DNA from: a virus
Reading direction: 5' to 3' (one strand)
IMG/VR virus record: IMGVR_UViG_3300009130_000011
Span: 1-64,000 of that record
Length of the DNA: 64,000 bases
Made by a program: the position numbers and the translations under genes. Below the pieces are notes generated by a model. The model was given only the letters and a program-made list of their open reading frames with translations. It searched no databases and was not told the origin of the DNA. Positions 10,036 through 17,544 of the stretch are shown here, piece by piece (within the stretch, counting starts at the first letter, position 1; every line of letters begins with the position of its first letter).

Positions 10036-10751
10036 AAGATTATATCTTGAGTTTGTAGTATATGCTCAGCTTTTTTAGCAAATAATTTTTTAAGGTTTTT
10101 TATTTGTTTGTAGCCTGCTTTTCTTCCTTTTTCAGTAGTTTTAAATCCTAGTATTTCTGCGACCTCTTCTTCGCTTCTGTTTTGGATGAAGAGAAGTTCG
10201 TAAACTAAATATTGCCGATCTGAAAGAACTTCTTTAATTGCTCTATTAAGTCTTCCTCTCGCGGTGTCCATATCGTAAAAGCTTTCTTCTATGTGGTGCG
10301 CTTCATGAACATGATGTTCCAAGGCGACGGGCATTTTTATGTCATATGCATGCTTTTTTGTTTTCTCCCACTTCGCAAATAAGGGGCATTCAGAGTCCTG
10401 AAGCCCGCTACTAGTAAAACCACATAAGCTATCAACTTGCTCTGATTTTGTCGGCCCTGCTTGATTAAAAGGGCAGCTTAAGCATGGGCGTACAAAATTA
10501 CTATAATAATTACGTAGGATGTTCTTCAGTTGATTTGTGATAATTTTATTTATCCACGGAAGAAGGGGCCTTTCTTGATCCCATTGATGCCATTTGTTAT
10601 AGATGTGGGTTCTTATGATTTGAGATACATCGTCATAATCCACCCAAGCCAAAGAGCTTAGAGACCACTTACCCCTCCTTTTTTTGATCTCTTGATCAAT
10701 GGCGGGGAACATTTCCTCGTAGGAAACTTTGCCTTTCTTTTTTTTAGCCAA
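10032..10751 (-). CDS. phage sigma70-family factor (candidate late sigma) with a Cys-rich insert
   Basis: region 2-like DYDDVSQIIRTHIYNKWHQWD...PWINKII; region 4 LSDRQYLVYEL...SEEEVAEILG. Confidence 0.7.
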   Translation of the reverse strand: MAKKKKGKVSYEEMFPAIDQEIKKRRGKWSLSSLAWVDYDDVSQIIRTHIYNKWHQWDQERPLLPWINKIITNQLKNILRNYYSNFVRPCLSCPFNQAGPTKSEQVDSLCGFTSSGLQDSECPLFAKWEKTKKHAYDIKMPVALEHHVHEAHHIEESFYDMDTARGRLNRAIKEVLSDRQYLVYELLFIQNRSEEEVAEILGFKTTEKGRKAGYKQIKNLKKLFAKKAEHILQTQDIIL

Positions 10752-11094
10752 CGTCGGTAGTTCCTCTAGCTGGCCTGCATTCTTTCATGGCTCTCTCTAG
10801 AGGGTCACCGTCCACCGTTTTTCTTGGGATATTCCCAAGCCCCAGCTTCTTTTCTTTCATTATCTCATTCATAGGCTTAGGTCCTTCGGCGTAAGAAACT
10901 TCGTAATCGATTTTAAAGTTTCTGGGTATCCTGACTGTTTTATTTTCTGTAATTTCCTCTTGCTCAACTTCTTCGGTATTTCTAGATGCTTTTGATGTTC
11001 CGTCAAGTGGGGAACCACAAGATGAGCAAAATTTTGGAGGTCTATTAGCGGAAAACTCAATTTTAGAGCCACAATCTGTGCAGAATTTATTCAT
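10744..11094 (-). CDS. zinc-ribbon protein
   Basis: FCTDCG...FCSSCGSPL. Confidence 0.7.
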   Translation of the reverse strand: MNKFCTDCGSKIEFSANRPPKFCSSCGSPLDGTSKASRNTEEVEQEEITENKTVRIPRNFKIDYEVSYAEGPKPMNEIMKEKKLGLGNIPRKTVDGDPLERAMKECRPARGTTDVG

Positions 11095-11133
11095 TTATTT
11101 ATTTTAATTCTTTTTAATTAAATTTCAAATAAA

Positions 11134-11727
11134 TTATATTAGGTATCCACTTACTATTCTGGCCTGCCTTCTCATGAATTTATGGACGTCATCTTCCGGG
11201 CAATTCTCGCATCCTTTAAAATCATTTTTTACATAGTCTACCCCGAGTATCCCTATCACTTTTCCATTAAGAGTTGTAATCGGTACATTGTATATGTATT
11301 TTACTCCTTTGTCTCTAAGCAAAGACTTAAAGCCTTCGTCTGCAATATCATTCGCAGATTTTTCATAATAACCATCTTTAATAAGCTTATGAAGATATTT
11401 ACTATATCTTGATACTTTATAATCTTGAGAATTGTCGGACTCGGCGCTAACGCCGGGCTCAACAAGTTCATATGTAGAACTGAACTTTTGCTGACCTCTT
11501 CCCGAGAAGAAGTGTCCTCCATTGTGAAATTCAAAAACATAAGTTCGGTCAGACCCCATAACTGATTGGATGTACTCCAAGGCAGTGTATACATTCACTC
11601 CGATGCGAGCCTGATTGGCGACGCAAGTTTTTTTTCTATAAGATACTTTATTTCTTAACCAAATGCCCATGAGCGTGGTTACTGCGGATAATATAGCCGC
11701 GATTACTGTTGCTGTTGATGTTTCCAT
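11134..11727 (-). CDS. single-TM GAF-domain protein (holin-like, putative)
   Basis: N-terminal TM helix; DRTYVFEFHNG...NVPITTLNGKVIGILGVDY GAF signature. Confidence 0.6.
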   Translation of the reverse strand: METSTATVIAAILSAVTTLMGIWLRNKVSYRKKTCVANQARIGVNVYTALEYIQSVMGSDRTYVFEFHNGGHFFSGRGQQKFSSTYELVEPGVSAESDNSQDYKVSRYSKYLHKLIKDGYYEKSANDIADEGFKSLLRDKGVKYIYNVPITTLNGKVIGILGVDYVKNDFKGCENCPEDDVHKFMRRQARIVSGYLI

Positions 11728-12059
11728 TAATCTTTCTTTTTGCCCTCCTTTTTAACTTTAAATAATTCATAAACCATGCTACCTGCGCACAAAACAATAA
11801 CGGCAAACATTATATAAGAAAATGTAGTTGTTGGCTCGTTATATTTTAAATTAGATGTGCCTTCTATTTTATTATACTCTTCTATTTCTTTGCGAGTGAC
11901 GTTGCCGTCATTATTGGCATCTATCTCTGCGAAGGATATAGAAGGTCTTAAAGACGGTTGATCAACGCTAGGAGAGGTAATATGCCTATTCATAGATATA
12001 CAGCCTCCTAGAGCCGTCAGGATCGCGGCAAATAAAAAGGGGTTGATTGAGTATTTCAT
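11727..12059 (-). CDS. lipoprotein with an EF-hand loop and C-terminal TM helix (unimolecular-spanin-like topology)
   Basis: lipobox LGGC; DANNDGNVTRKE EF-hand; hydrophobic C-terminal segment then a basic tail. Confidence 0.55.
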   Translation of the reverse strand: MKYSINPFLFAAILTALGGCISMNRHITSPSVDQPSLRPSISFAEIDANNDGNVTRKEIEEYNKIEGTSNLKYNEPTTTFSYIMFAVIVLCAGSMVYELFKVKKEGKKKD

Positions 12060-12063
12060 TTAT

Positions 12064-12498
12064 TTATCTTTTTTTGCTGGGGATAGCATAAAACCCTACA
12101 ACCATAAAACATAAATCCATAAAAGATGTAAGCAACAAACCGCCAGTTAATTTTACTATAACCCAGTCAGTTCCTCCGAACAGCCATCCGAAGAATCCCC
12201 ATTTTGCATTATCCCCTTTGGGAACAATGACATCATAGGATATATTTGGATTCATAGCATAGTACAACATTAAATAACAAAGCGTTAAAGTAATAGATAA
12301 AAATAGTATTCTTCTTGTTACCTTAACAAACGAATCTCCTGCTTGAGTTTTCTGATTATCTATAATGGCTAGCGTAAGCTCTCTGTCCCTTGCGGCAAGC
12401 ATCATTTGGTCCTGCCGTTTTTGCTCTAGCCAGTGATTTATGAGGTTGCAAAGAATCTTGATCCCTGCGCCCATCACTGTGTATAATATAGGTCCCAT
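12064..12498 (-). CDS. membrane protein, holin-like (putative)
   Basis: 144 aa with 2-3 hydrophobic segments; GTGTATA motif upstream. Confidence 0.5.
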   Translation of the reverse strand: MGPILYTVMGAGIKILCNLINHWLEQKRQDQMMLAARDRELTLAIIDNQKTQAGDSFVKVTRRILFLSITLTLCYLMLYYAMNPNISYDVIVPKGDNAKWGFFGWLFGGTDWVIVKLTGGLLLTSFMDLCFMVVGFYAIPSKKR

Positions 12499-12571
12499 GG
12501 TAATTCTATATACACAAAATACAAAAAAAATGTAATTTAGAATTTGATAGCCCCAAAATTAATATATTTAT

Positions 12572-13678
12572 ATGAGCAACTCTATTCCCGAAATTCATGG
12601 ATCAGTAATATTGATCGGCAACGGACCATCTTCTGCGATGTTTGAGCTTGGAGATCAAATAGATCAATTTGACGAAGTTATTAGATTTAACAGATTTAAA
12701 ATAAATGGCTTTGAGAAAAATCTTGGAACAAAAGTTACATTCTGGGCGACCTTCGGAAGGGGAGAAAGACCTCAAGAAACAGATCCGCCAAAAAAGGTAA
12801 TATTAACTCATGAGGGCGCACGAATAAAAGATATCGAAAATCATGATGTTTTTAGGATTCCATATCATTACCATCAAGAAAAAAGAAAAATTATTCAAGA
12901 TATTGTAAAATCAAAAGGAAGAAATGAAGTGCCAATCTTACCTTCAAGTGGATTTCTTACCACATGTTGGTTGCTGGAAAAGGTTGGAGTTGAACAAGTT
13001 ACGCTGTTAGGTTTTGATCACTTTTCTAAAGAACAAAGCTCGCAACATCATTATTGGTTAAAACAATCATTTGGCAAACCTCAAGAGCACGACGGAGAAG
13101 TAGAGCATCTGCTTCTTTCTGAGTTTGGATCTAGAGTTATGTACTTATCAGGAGAAGACAAAAATGAAAAACAAAAATATGAAGGACTTTATTCTGATCC
13201 AAAAACAAAAAATAGATATGGCCGGACAAATCACGGCAAACATGCAATTCCTTACGTCCTCGAGTCTGGATGCAAATCTTTACTCGATGTAGGTTGCGGA
13301 CATAATAACTTTGTAAATAACTTAAAAATACAATCCCCCGAAATTAAAGGTGTTGGCGTCGACTTTGCTGGTGAATGGGCTGATATTACATGTTGCGCTA
13401 CAAAAATGCCTTTTGTGGACAAAGAATTTGATATGCTTACTGCTTTTGACATGATGGAGCACTTAACTCCAGTTCAAGTTGATTCTGTCTTGAAAGAAAT
13501 GAATAGGGTTTCTAAAAACTTTATATTCTCCATATCTTATGTTCCTAGCGTCTGGAAGTGGCAGGGCAAAACTCTACACCCCACTGTTCGATCCGAAGAG
13601 TGGTGGGTAGATAGAATCAAGAAGCATGGAGGCAAAAATATAATAAAAAAGAGAAACTATATAACAGGAAATTGGTGA
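12572..13678 (+). CDS. GT29 (sialyltransferase-like) glycosyltransferase fused to a class I SAM methyltransferase
   Basis: sialylmotif-like VILIGNG...IDQFDEVIRFN, PSSG, GFD, HHYW, HDGEVE; C-terminal LLDVGCG...FDMMEHL. Confidence 0.75.
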   Translation: MSNSIPEIHGSVILIGNGPSSAMFELGDQIDQFDEVIRFNRFKINGFEKNLGTKVTFWATFGRGERPQETDPPKKVILTHEGARIKDIENHDVFRIPYHYHQEKRKIIQDIVKSKGRNEVPILPSSGFLTTCWLLEKVGVEQVTLLGFDHFSKEQSSQHHYWLKQSFGKPQEHDGEVEHLLLSEFGSRVMYLSGEDKNEKQKYEGLYSDPKTKNRYGRTNHGKHAIPYVLESGCKSLLDVGCGHNNFVNNLKIQSPEIKGVGVDFAGEWADITCCATKMPFVDKEFDMLTAFDMMEHLTPVQVDSVLKEMNRVSKNFIFSISYVPSVWKWQGKTLHPTVRSEEWWVDRIKKHGGKNIIKKRNYITGNW

Positions 13679-13692
13679 GCCCCAAAAATATG

Positions 13693-14409
13693 CTAACTTG
13701 CCTTTCCTTCTAGCTTTGATATAATAAATTTCAATATCTCGCTTCTTAAAATATCTTCTTTCCCGAATTTAAAGGCATGTATTCCTCTGTCTTTACTCTC
13801 TGGATCATTAAATAAATCAAACATTGGGCCAAATCCGCTTTTGCCATTAATGTCGCTCTGCATAAAATCGCCGCAGATAAAAAGCTTACAATTCTCTCCG
13901 ACTCTTGTGAGCAATGTAGTAAGTTCCTTATATGTAAAGTTTTGCGCCTCGTCGGCTACAACGACTTTATCAGTCCAGCTTGCTCCTCTTAAATAGTTTA
14001 TAGGCATAGCTGAAATTCTACCGCTCTCTAAAAGTTCTTTTTTGCAAGTATTTGTTTTGGGGAGCATTTCGGTTAGCTTATCTTCTAGAGGCGAAATATA
14101 AGGATTAAACTTATCATCTATATCGCCGGGCAATGCGCCGAGACCTTTATCTGCACTTTCAATTACAGTTCTTATATACAGCAAATCTAATTCTTCTTTA
14201 GCGCTCAATAATCTTAGCGCCGCGTATACTGCCATATAAGTTTTCGTCGACCCTGCCGGCCCAGCAATAAACATTATATTTGTATCTTCATTAAACGCAA
14301 GCGAAATGAATTTTTTTTGCTTCTCTGTTAACTTCAGAGAATTGACGTGAATAGTTTGGGGGAGCTGAGGAATATGTATCTCAGAATGGGTGTTAGACTT
14401 TTTAGCCAT
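13693..14409 (-). CDS. phoH: PhoH-family ATPase
   Basis: GPAGSTKT, GLGALPGD, YLRGASW, DEAQN, GDFMQSD. Confidence 0.92.
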   Translation of the reverse strand: MAKKSNTHSEIHIPQLPQTIHVNSLKLTEKQKKFISLAFNEDTNIMFIAGPAGSTKTYMAVYAALRLLSAKEELDLLYIRTVIESADKGLGALPGDIDDKFNPYISPLEDKLTEMLPKTNTCKKELLESGRISAMPINYLRGASWTDKVVVADEAQNFTYKELTTLLTRVGENCKLFICGDFMQSDINGKSGFGPMFDLFNDPESKDRGIHAFKFGKEDILRSEILKFIISKLEGKAS

Positions 14410-14469
14410 TACTACAAGTAATATACACTATAAATTGAAATAAATTAAAAATAACATAATATAAAATAG

Positions 14470-14661
14470 ATGACTAAAGCCAAGATCATGGAAACTCTAT
14501 CGCAAGTAGCGCCTCCGTACGAAGCGACAGTTTGGTTGAAAACTGAAAATAAAAAACTCAATAATGAGACTCCCGCTAAGCTTATCTTAGAGAATAGAGA
14601 TATAGACAAAGTGCAAGTTGCTATTGAATTTGACTTTCAGAAAAAACTAAATAAAAAGTAG
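14470..14661 (+). CDS. Xre/MbcA/ParS antitoxin C-terminal-like (DUF2384-type) small protein
   Basis: ATVWLKTENKKLNNETPAKLI matches the A..WL...N..L....P..LL pattern. Confidence 0.55.
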   Translation: MTKAKIMETLSQVAPPYEATVWLKTENKKLNNETPAKLILENRDIDKVQVAIEFDFQKKLNKK

Positions 14662-14764
14662 AACAAGCCGCCGAGCTGTTTATTCTGTAGAAAGTGGGTC
14701 GTCGATTTTTTTTGACCCCCATGATTCTATAATATCGTTTTGTGTTTTCATATTGAAGAAAACC

Positions 14765-14827
14765 ACCCCCCGCCGGTTGTCAAGTGATTTGTCAAGCTTT
14801 TTTTTCAAAAAACCGGGGCGGGGGGGT
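14765..14827. repeat. GC-rich imperfect inverted repeat at the late/early boundary
   Basis: ACCCCCCGCCGGTT ... AACCGGGGCGGGGGGGT enclosing two TTGTCAAG copies. Confidence 0.6.
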
Positions 14828-14993
14828 AAGTAGTAGAGCTACTAATGAGTCCATTAGCTGAGCTACAAACGCATCTGATACCGGTTTTTGTTCTCGCTTT
14901 TTTGGGTTTTTCTTGCTATGTTATACTTATGAATCAATCAGTTAGCCTCACCTTAAAACAAGTTGGCAATGATAAATAATTGCAAAAAATAAT

Positions 14994-15028
14994 TTGACTT
15001 TTAACCTCAACCGTGCTACTTTATACAT
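14994..15028 (+). promoter_or_regulatory. sigma70 early promoter with leaderless start (representative of many)
   Basis: TTGACT-17-TACTTT-6-ATG; the same 35-nt distance from -35 to ATG recurs at 15661, 15890, 16532, 16766, 17029, 17390, 17510, 17808, 18189, 18764, 18925, 19814. Confidence 0.8.
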
Positions 15029-15214
15029 ATGAATAACAAAAACAAATTCCAAAAGGGCGATGTCCTTCTCTCACGGGACGGCAAAGTCTTCCAATTCATC
15101 CAAGCCACCAAGCATGATACGCTTGGCACTATCGCCATGGTTCGCCCATACCGCACCAATCGCAAGGTTGGCATCCGTTTTCAGGATGTAAAACTTCATC
15201 CCATTTTTAACTAA
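15029..15214 (+). CDS. hypothetical early protein
   Basis: 61 aa, own promoter. Confidence 0.7.
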   Translation: MNNKNKFQKGDVLLSRDGKVFQFIQATKHDTLGTIAMVRPYRTNRKVGIRFQDVKLHPIFN

Positions 15215-15218
15215 TACT

Positions 15219-15527
15219 ATGAGAAAAGTAACTGAACAAATCAAGCGTGCCTTTGAGCAAGGCACATCCTTAAAAGTCGGCAACACCGAGACAGACGGCA
15301 ACACCGTTTGGCTACATGGCAACGCCATTGTCAAGCGAGATCCTGACGGGCTTGTTCGTTGGAGCTTGGCGGGTTGGAATACGCCCACCACACGCGAACG
15401 CGTCAACGGCATAGTGAACGCGGGCGTTCACCAAGTCGCTTTTGAGCCTGTACTAAACGGGCAAGTCATTAACTCATCTGATTGGTTCGCAAGCAACACA
15501 AAGTTGCCCAATCCTCTTGTGTTCTAA
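15219..15527 (+). CDS. hypothetical early protein
   Basis: 102 aa; LHGNAI...GWNTPTTRERVN. Confidence 0.75.
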   Translation: MRKVTEQIKRAFEQGTSLKVGNTETDGNTVWLHGNAIVKRDPDGLVRWSLAGWNTPTTRERVNGIVNAGVHQVAFEPVLNGQVINSSDWFASNTKLPNPLVF

Positions 15528-15528
15528 G

Positions 15529-15545
15529 TTGGCACGACATCTGAA
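15529..15545 (+). promoter_or_regulatory. sigma54-like -24/-12 motif
   Basis: TTGGCACGACATCTGAA, 28 bp before element 1. Confidence 0.55.
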
Positions 15546-15556
15546 CGGCCCTTTCA

Positions 15557-15623
15557 TAAGTCGTTGACTATCAGCCGGTTAGCCGGCGCAGGGCGGCGTA
15601 AGTCCTTCATTGCCAATGACTTA
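15557..15623. repeat. 67-bp palindromic element, copy 1
   Basis: TAAGTCGTTGACTATCAGCCGGTTA-GCCGGCGCAGGGCGGCG-TAAGTCCTTCATTGCCAATGACTTA. Confidence 0.9.
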
Positions 15624-15695
15624 CAACATACAAAAAAACGAAAAAAAAATAACTTTTTTCTTGCAATTCCACGAAAAATTCTTTAAGTTTATAGT

Positions 15696-15893
15696 ATGTT
15701 AAACAAGAAAATACAAGTAAGAATCCAAGAGTGGTCAACTCATTGGGCAGTTAAAATCTTTGACACAGGAACGGACTACCCTCGTGTTCGGACTGCGTCA
15801 AGCCTTTCCCACCTTCGCACCATAAAGCAAGAGGAAAAGCTTAACTCTCCACGCTTTCAAGTTGTAATGCAACGCAGGCATTTTAATGCTTGA
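15696..15893 (+). CDS. hypothetical early protein
   Basis: 65 aa, leaderless promoter at 15661. Confidence 0.7.
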   Translation: MLNKKIQVRIQEWSTHWAVKIFDTGTDYPRVRTASSLSHLRTIKQEEKLNSPRFQVVMQRRHFNA

Positions 15894-15924
15894 CTTTTAT
15901 AAAAAAATCCTTTAGTTTATACTT

Positions 15925-16179
15925 ATGAATTACTCAAACAGAAATGTCCCAACTCGGAGAGTCGAGTTTCAGAATGTAACGATGGAGCTTACCAAAAGAT
16001 TCCAAGATGACCCTAGCGTGGTCAAGACCCAACGCTTGCGGTTTTCTGCTGACCTAGACCAAGAGCTAGACAATGCCTTCCTAAAGTCTCACGCAGAGAG
16101 TGTTTTCAAGTTTTGGGACATCCTAGATGTCGAGCTTGTCCACTCCTTCGTTGACTCAACCGATCAATACATATACTAA
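15925..16179 (+). CDS. hypothetical early protein
   Basis: 84 aa, leaderless promoter at 15890. Confidence 0.7.
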   Translation: MNYSNRNVPTRRVEFQNVTMELTKRFQDDPSVVKTQRLRFSADLDQELDNAFLKSHAESVFKFWDILDVELVHSFVDSTDQYIY

Positions 16180-16180
16180 G

Positions 16181-16357
16181 ATGATAACAATAAAACAAAA
16201 CCCTAACTTCACCAAGTTCTTCCAAGTCTTTGCCTTTGGGCAGTACATCGACGAGGTCGAGCGTCGCAGTAAAGCCTTGCGTATAGCTACCAAGCTCGCC
16301 AAGCAACACAAGCAAGACTTTATAAATGTTGACGGCTTGATGCAAGAAGTGTCCTAA
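16181..16357 (+). CDS. hypothetical early protein, paralog of 21163..21348
   Basis: MITIKQNPNFTKFFQVFAFGQYIDEV; its stop TAA is the first 3 nt of element 2. Confidence 0.75.
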   Translation: MITIKQNPNFTKFFQVFAFGQYIDEVERRSKALRIATKLAKQHKQDFINVDGLMQEVS

Positions 16358-16421
16358 GTCGTTGATAATCAGGGCCTTAGGCCGCCCTGCGCCGGCTAAC
16401 CGGCTGATAATCAAGGACTTA
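16355..16421. repeat. 67-bp palindromic element, copy 2
   Basis: TAAGTCGTTGATAATCAGGGCCTTA-GGCCGCCCTGCGCCGGC-TAACCGGCTGATAATCAAGGACTTA. Confidence 0.9.
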
Positions 16422-16432
16422 CGAAACCGGCG

Positions 16433-16449
16433 TTCACATAGCGTGCCAA
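16433..16449 (-). promoter_or_regulatory. sigma54-like -24/-12 motif
   Basis: reverse complement TTGGCACGCTATGTGAA, 28 bp from element 2. Confidence 0.55.
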
Positions 16450-16566
16450 CTTAATAGCTTGCGGCAAGTATAAGCCCGGGTGTAATAAGCTATAAGCTAA
16501 GCTAAAAAGAAGCTAATAGTAAAAAAAAATCTTGTAAATATGCGTTTTATGTGCTACCTTATAGGT

Positions 16567-16758
16567 ATGAATGATAAAGATAAGAAAGTAAACGGCTTCA
16601 TCGCCAAAGTTAACATCGTCGACCGCAAGTCGGGCGACATCATCGCACGGAATCAAATCCTCAAGTGTGAGCATCACACCACCATTGATGCCTTGAATCG
16701 TGACCTCGCCAAGTTTGGCTTGCCACGCAAGTTTGAGTTTGTCGATTGGATTGCATAA
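16567..16758 (+). CDS. hypothetical early protein
   Basis: start MNDKD set by the promoter at 16532. Confidence 0.7.
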   Translation: MNDKDKKVNGFIAKVNIVDRKSGDIIARNQILKCEHHTTIDALNRDLAKFGLPRKFEFVDWIA

Positions 16759-16800
16759 AAAAAGCTTGCAATAAAACTTTAAATCCTTAGTCTTATACAT

Positions 16801-17034
16801 ATGAATATAATTGAACAAACCCGCAAAGAATGCAACCGCGAGCTTGACCTCGGTCTTGCTCTTTCCAAAGCTGAGGGAAATCTGAATTTCCTCGCAGGAC
16901 AATCCCACGAGAATAAGCTCGGACTAAATGCCATAACTCAAGACATGGCAATCCTTGACGCCCTTAATGCGGTACAAATCGCCCGCAAAGCTTTTCAAGA
17001 AATACTTTCAGAAAAGCGAAAAAAAAGCTTGTAA
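16801..17034 (+). CDS. hypothetical early protein
   Basis: 77 aa, promoter at 16766. Confidence 0.7.
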   Translation: MNIIEQTRKECNRELDLGLALSKAEGNLNFLAGQSHENKLGLNAITQDMAILDALNAVQIARKAFQEILSEKRKKSL

Positions 17035-17063
17035 TAAACTAAAAAATCCTTACTCTTATACTT

Positions 17064-17264
17064 ATGGAAAATACTGATTCACTCGACCGCACCGCCCACG
17101 CCTTCGGCATGACCGATCTCGAATTTGAGGAACGCTCTCAAGTCGAGGCTGAGATTGCCGCCCAACAAGTCATCCGTAGATGGCAAGAAGAGGAGCAGAT
17201 CCTCAGAGAGTCCTTTGAAGCTCTCAGCCTCTTTGACGAAGAGGAAAACCCCCATCTCTTCTGA
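17064..17264 (+). CDS. acidic early protein; N-terminus shared with 19849..20073
   Basis: DSLDRTAHAFGMTDLEF. Confidence 0.7.
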   Translation: MENTDSLDRTAHAFGMTDLEFEERSQVEAEIAAQQVIRRWQEEEQILRESFEALSLFDEEENPHLF

Positions 17265-17268
17265 CGGG

Positions 17269-17285
17269 TTGGCACGCTTCTTGAA
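17269..17285 (+). promoter_or_regulatory. sigma54-like -24/-12 motif
   Basis: TTGGCACGCTTCTTGAA, 28 bp before element 3. Confidence 0.6.
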
Positions 17286-17296
17286 CGGCCCTTTTA

Positions 17297-17363
17297 TAAG
17301 TCGTTCATAATCAAGGGCTTAGGCCGCCCTGAGCGAGCTAAGTAGCTGATAGCCAAGGACTTA
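17297..17363. repeat. 67-bp palindromic element, copy 3
   Basis: TAAGTCGTTCATAATCAAGGGCTTA-GGCCGCCCTGAGCGAGC-TAAGTAGCTGATAGCCAAGGACTTA. Confidence 0.9.
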
Positions 17364-17424
17364 CGACGCAAAAAAAGTTAAAAAAGTTCTTGACTTTTCG
17401 GGGTTGCTGTGCTATGTTATAGGT

Positions 17425-17483
17425 ATGATTAAGAAAATCCCAAACTAAGAGCCGTAGAATGGCGGGACGTGGCTCCCCGCAGA
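17425..17483 (+). ncRNA. micro-ORF (MIKKIPN*) plus pseudoknot unit, copy A
   Basis: own sigma70 promoter at 17390; GAGCC/GGCTC and GCGGG/CCCGC interleaved helices. Confidence 0.6.
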
Positions 17484-17544
17484 TCACCAAAAAAAACTTA
17501 AAATAATCCTTGACTTTTAGCCCAAACTCCGTTAACTTATAAGT

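Noticed and set aside
517-14409. Plus-strand ORFs overlapping the structural genes (e.g. 517..801, 829..1182, 2433..2792, 4318..4734)
   Set aside because: Antisense shadows of well-supported minus-strand genes, with no expression signals.
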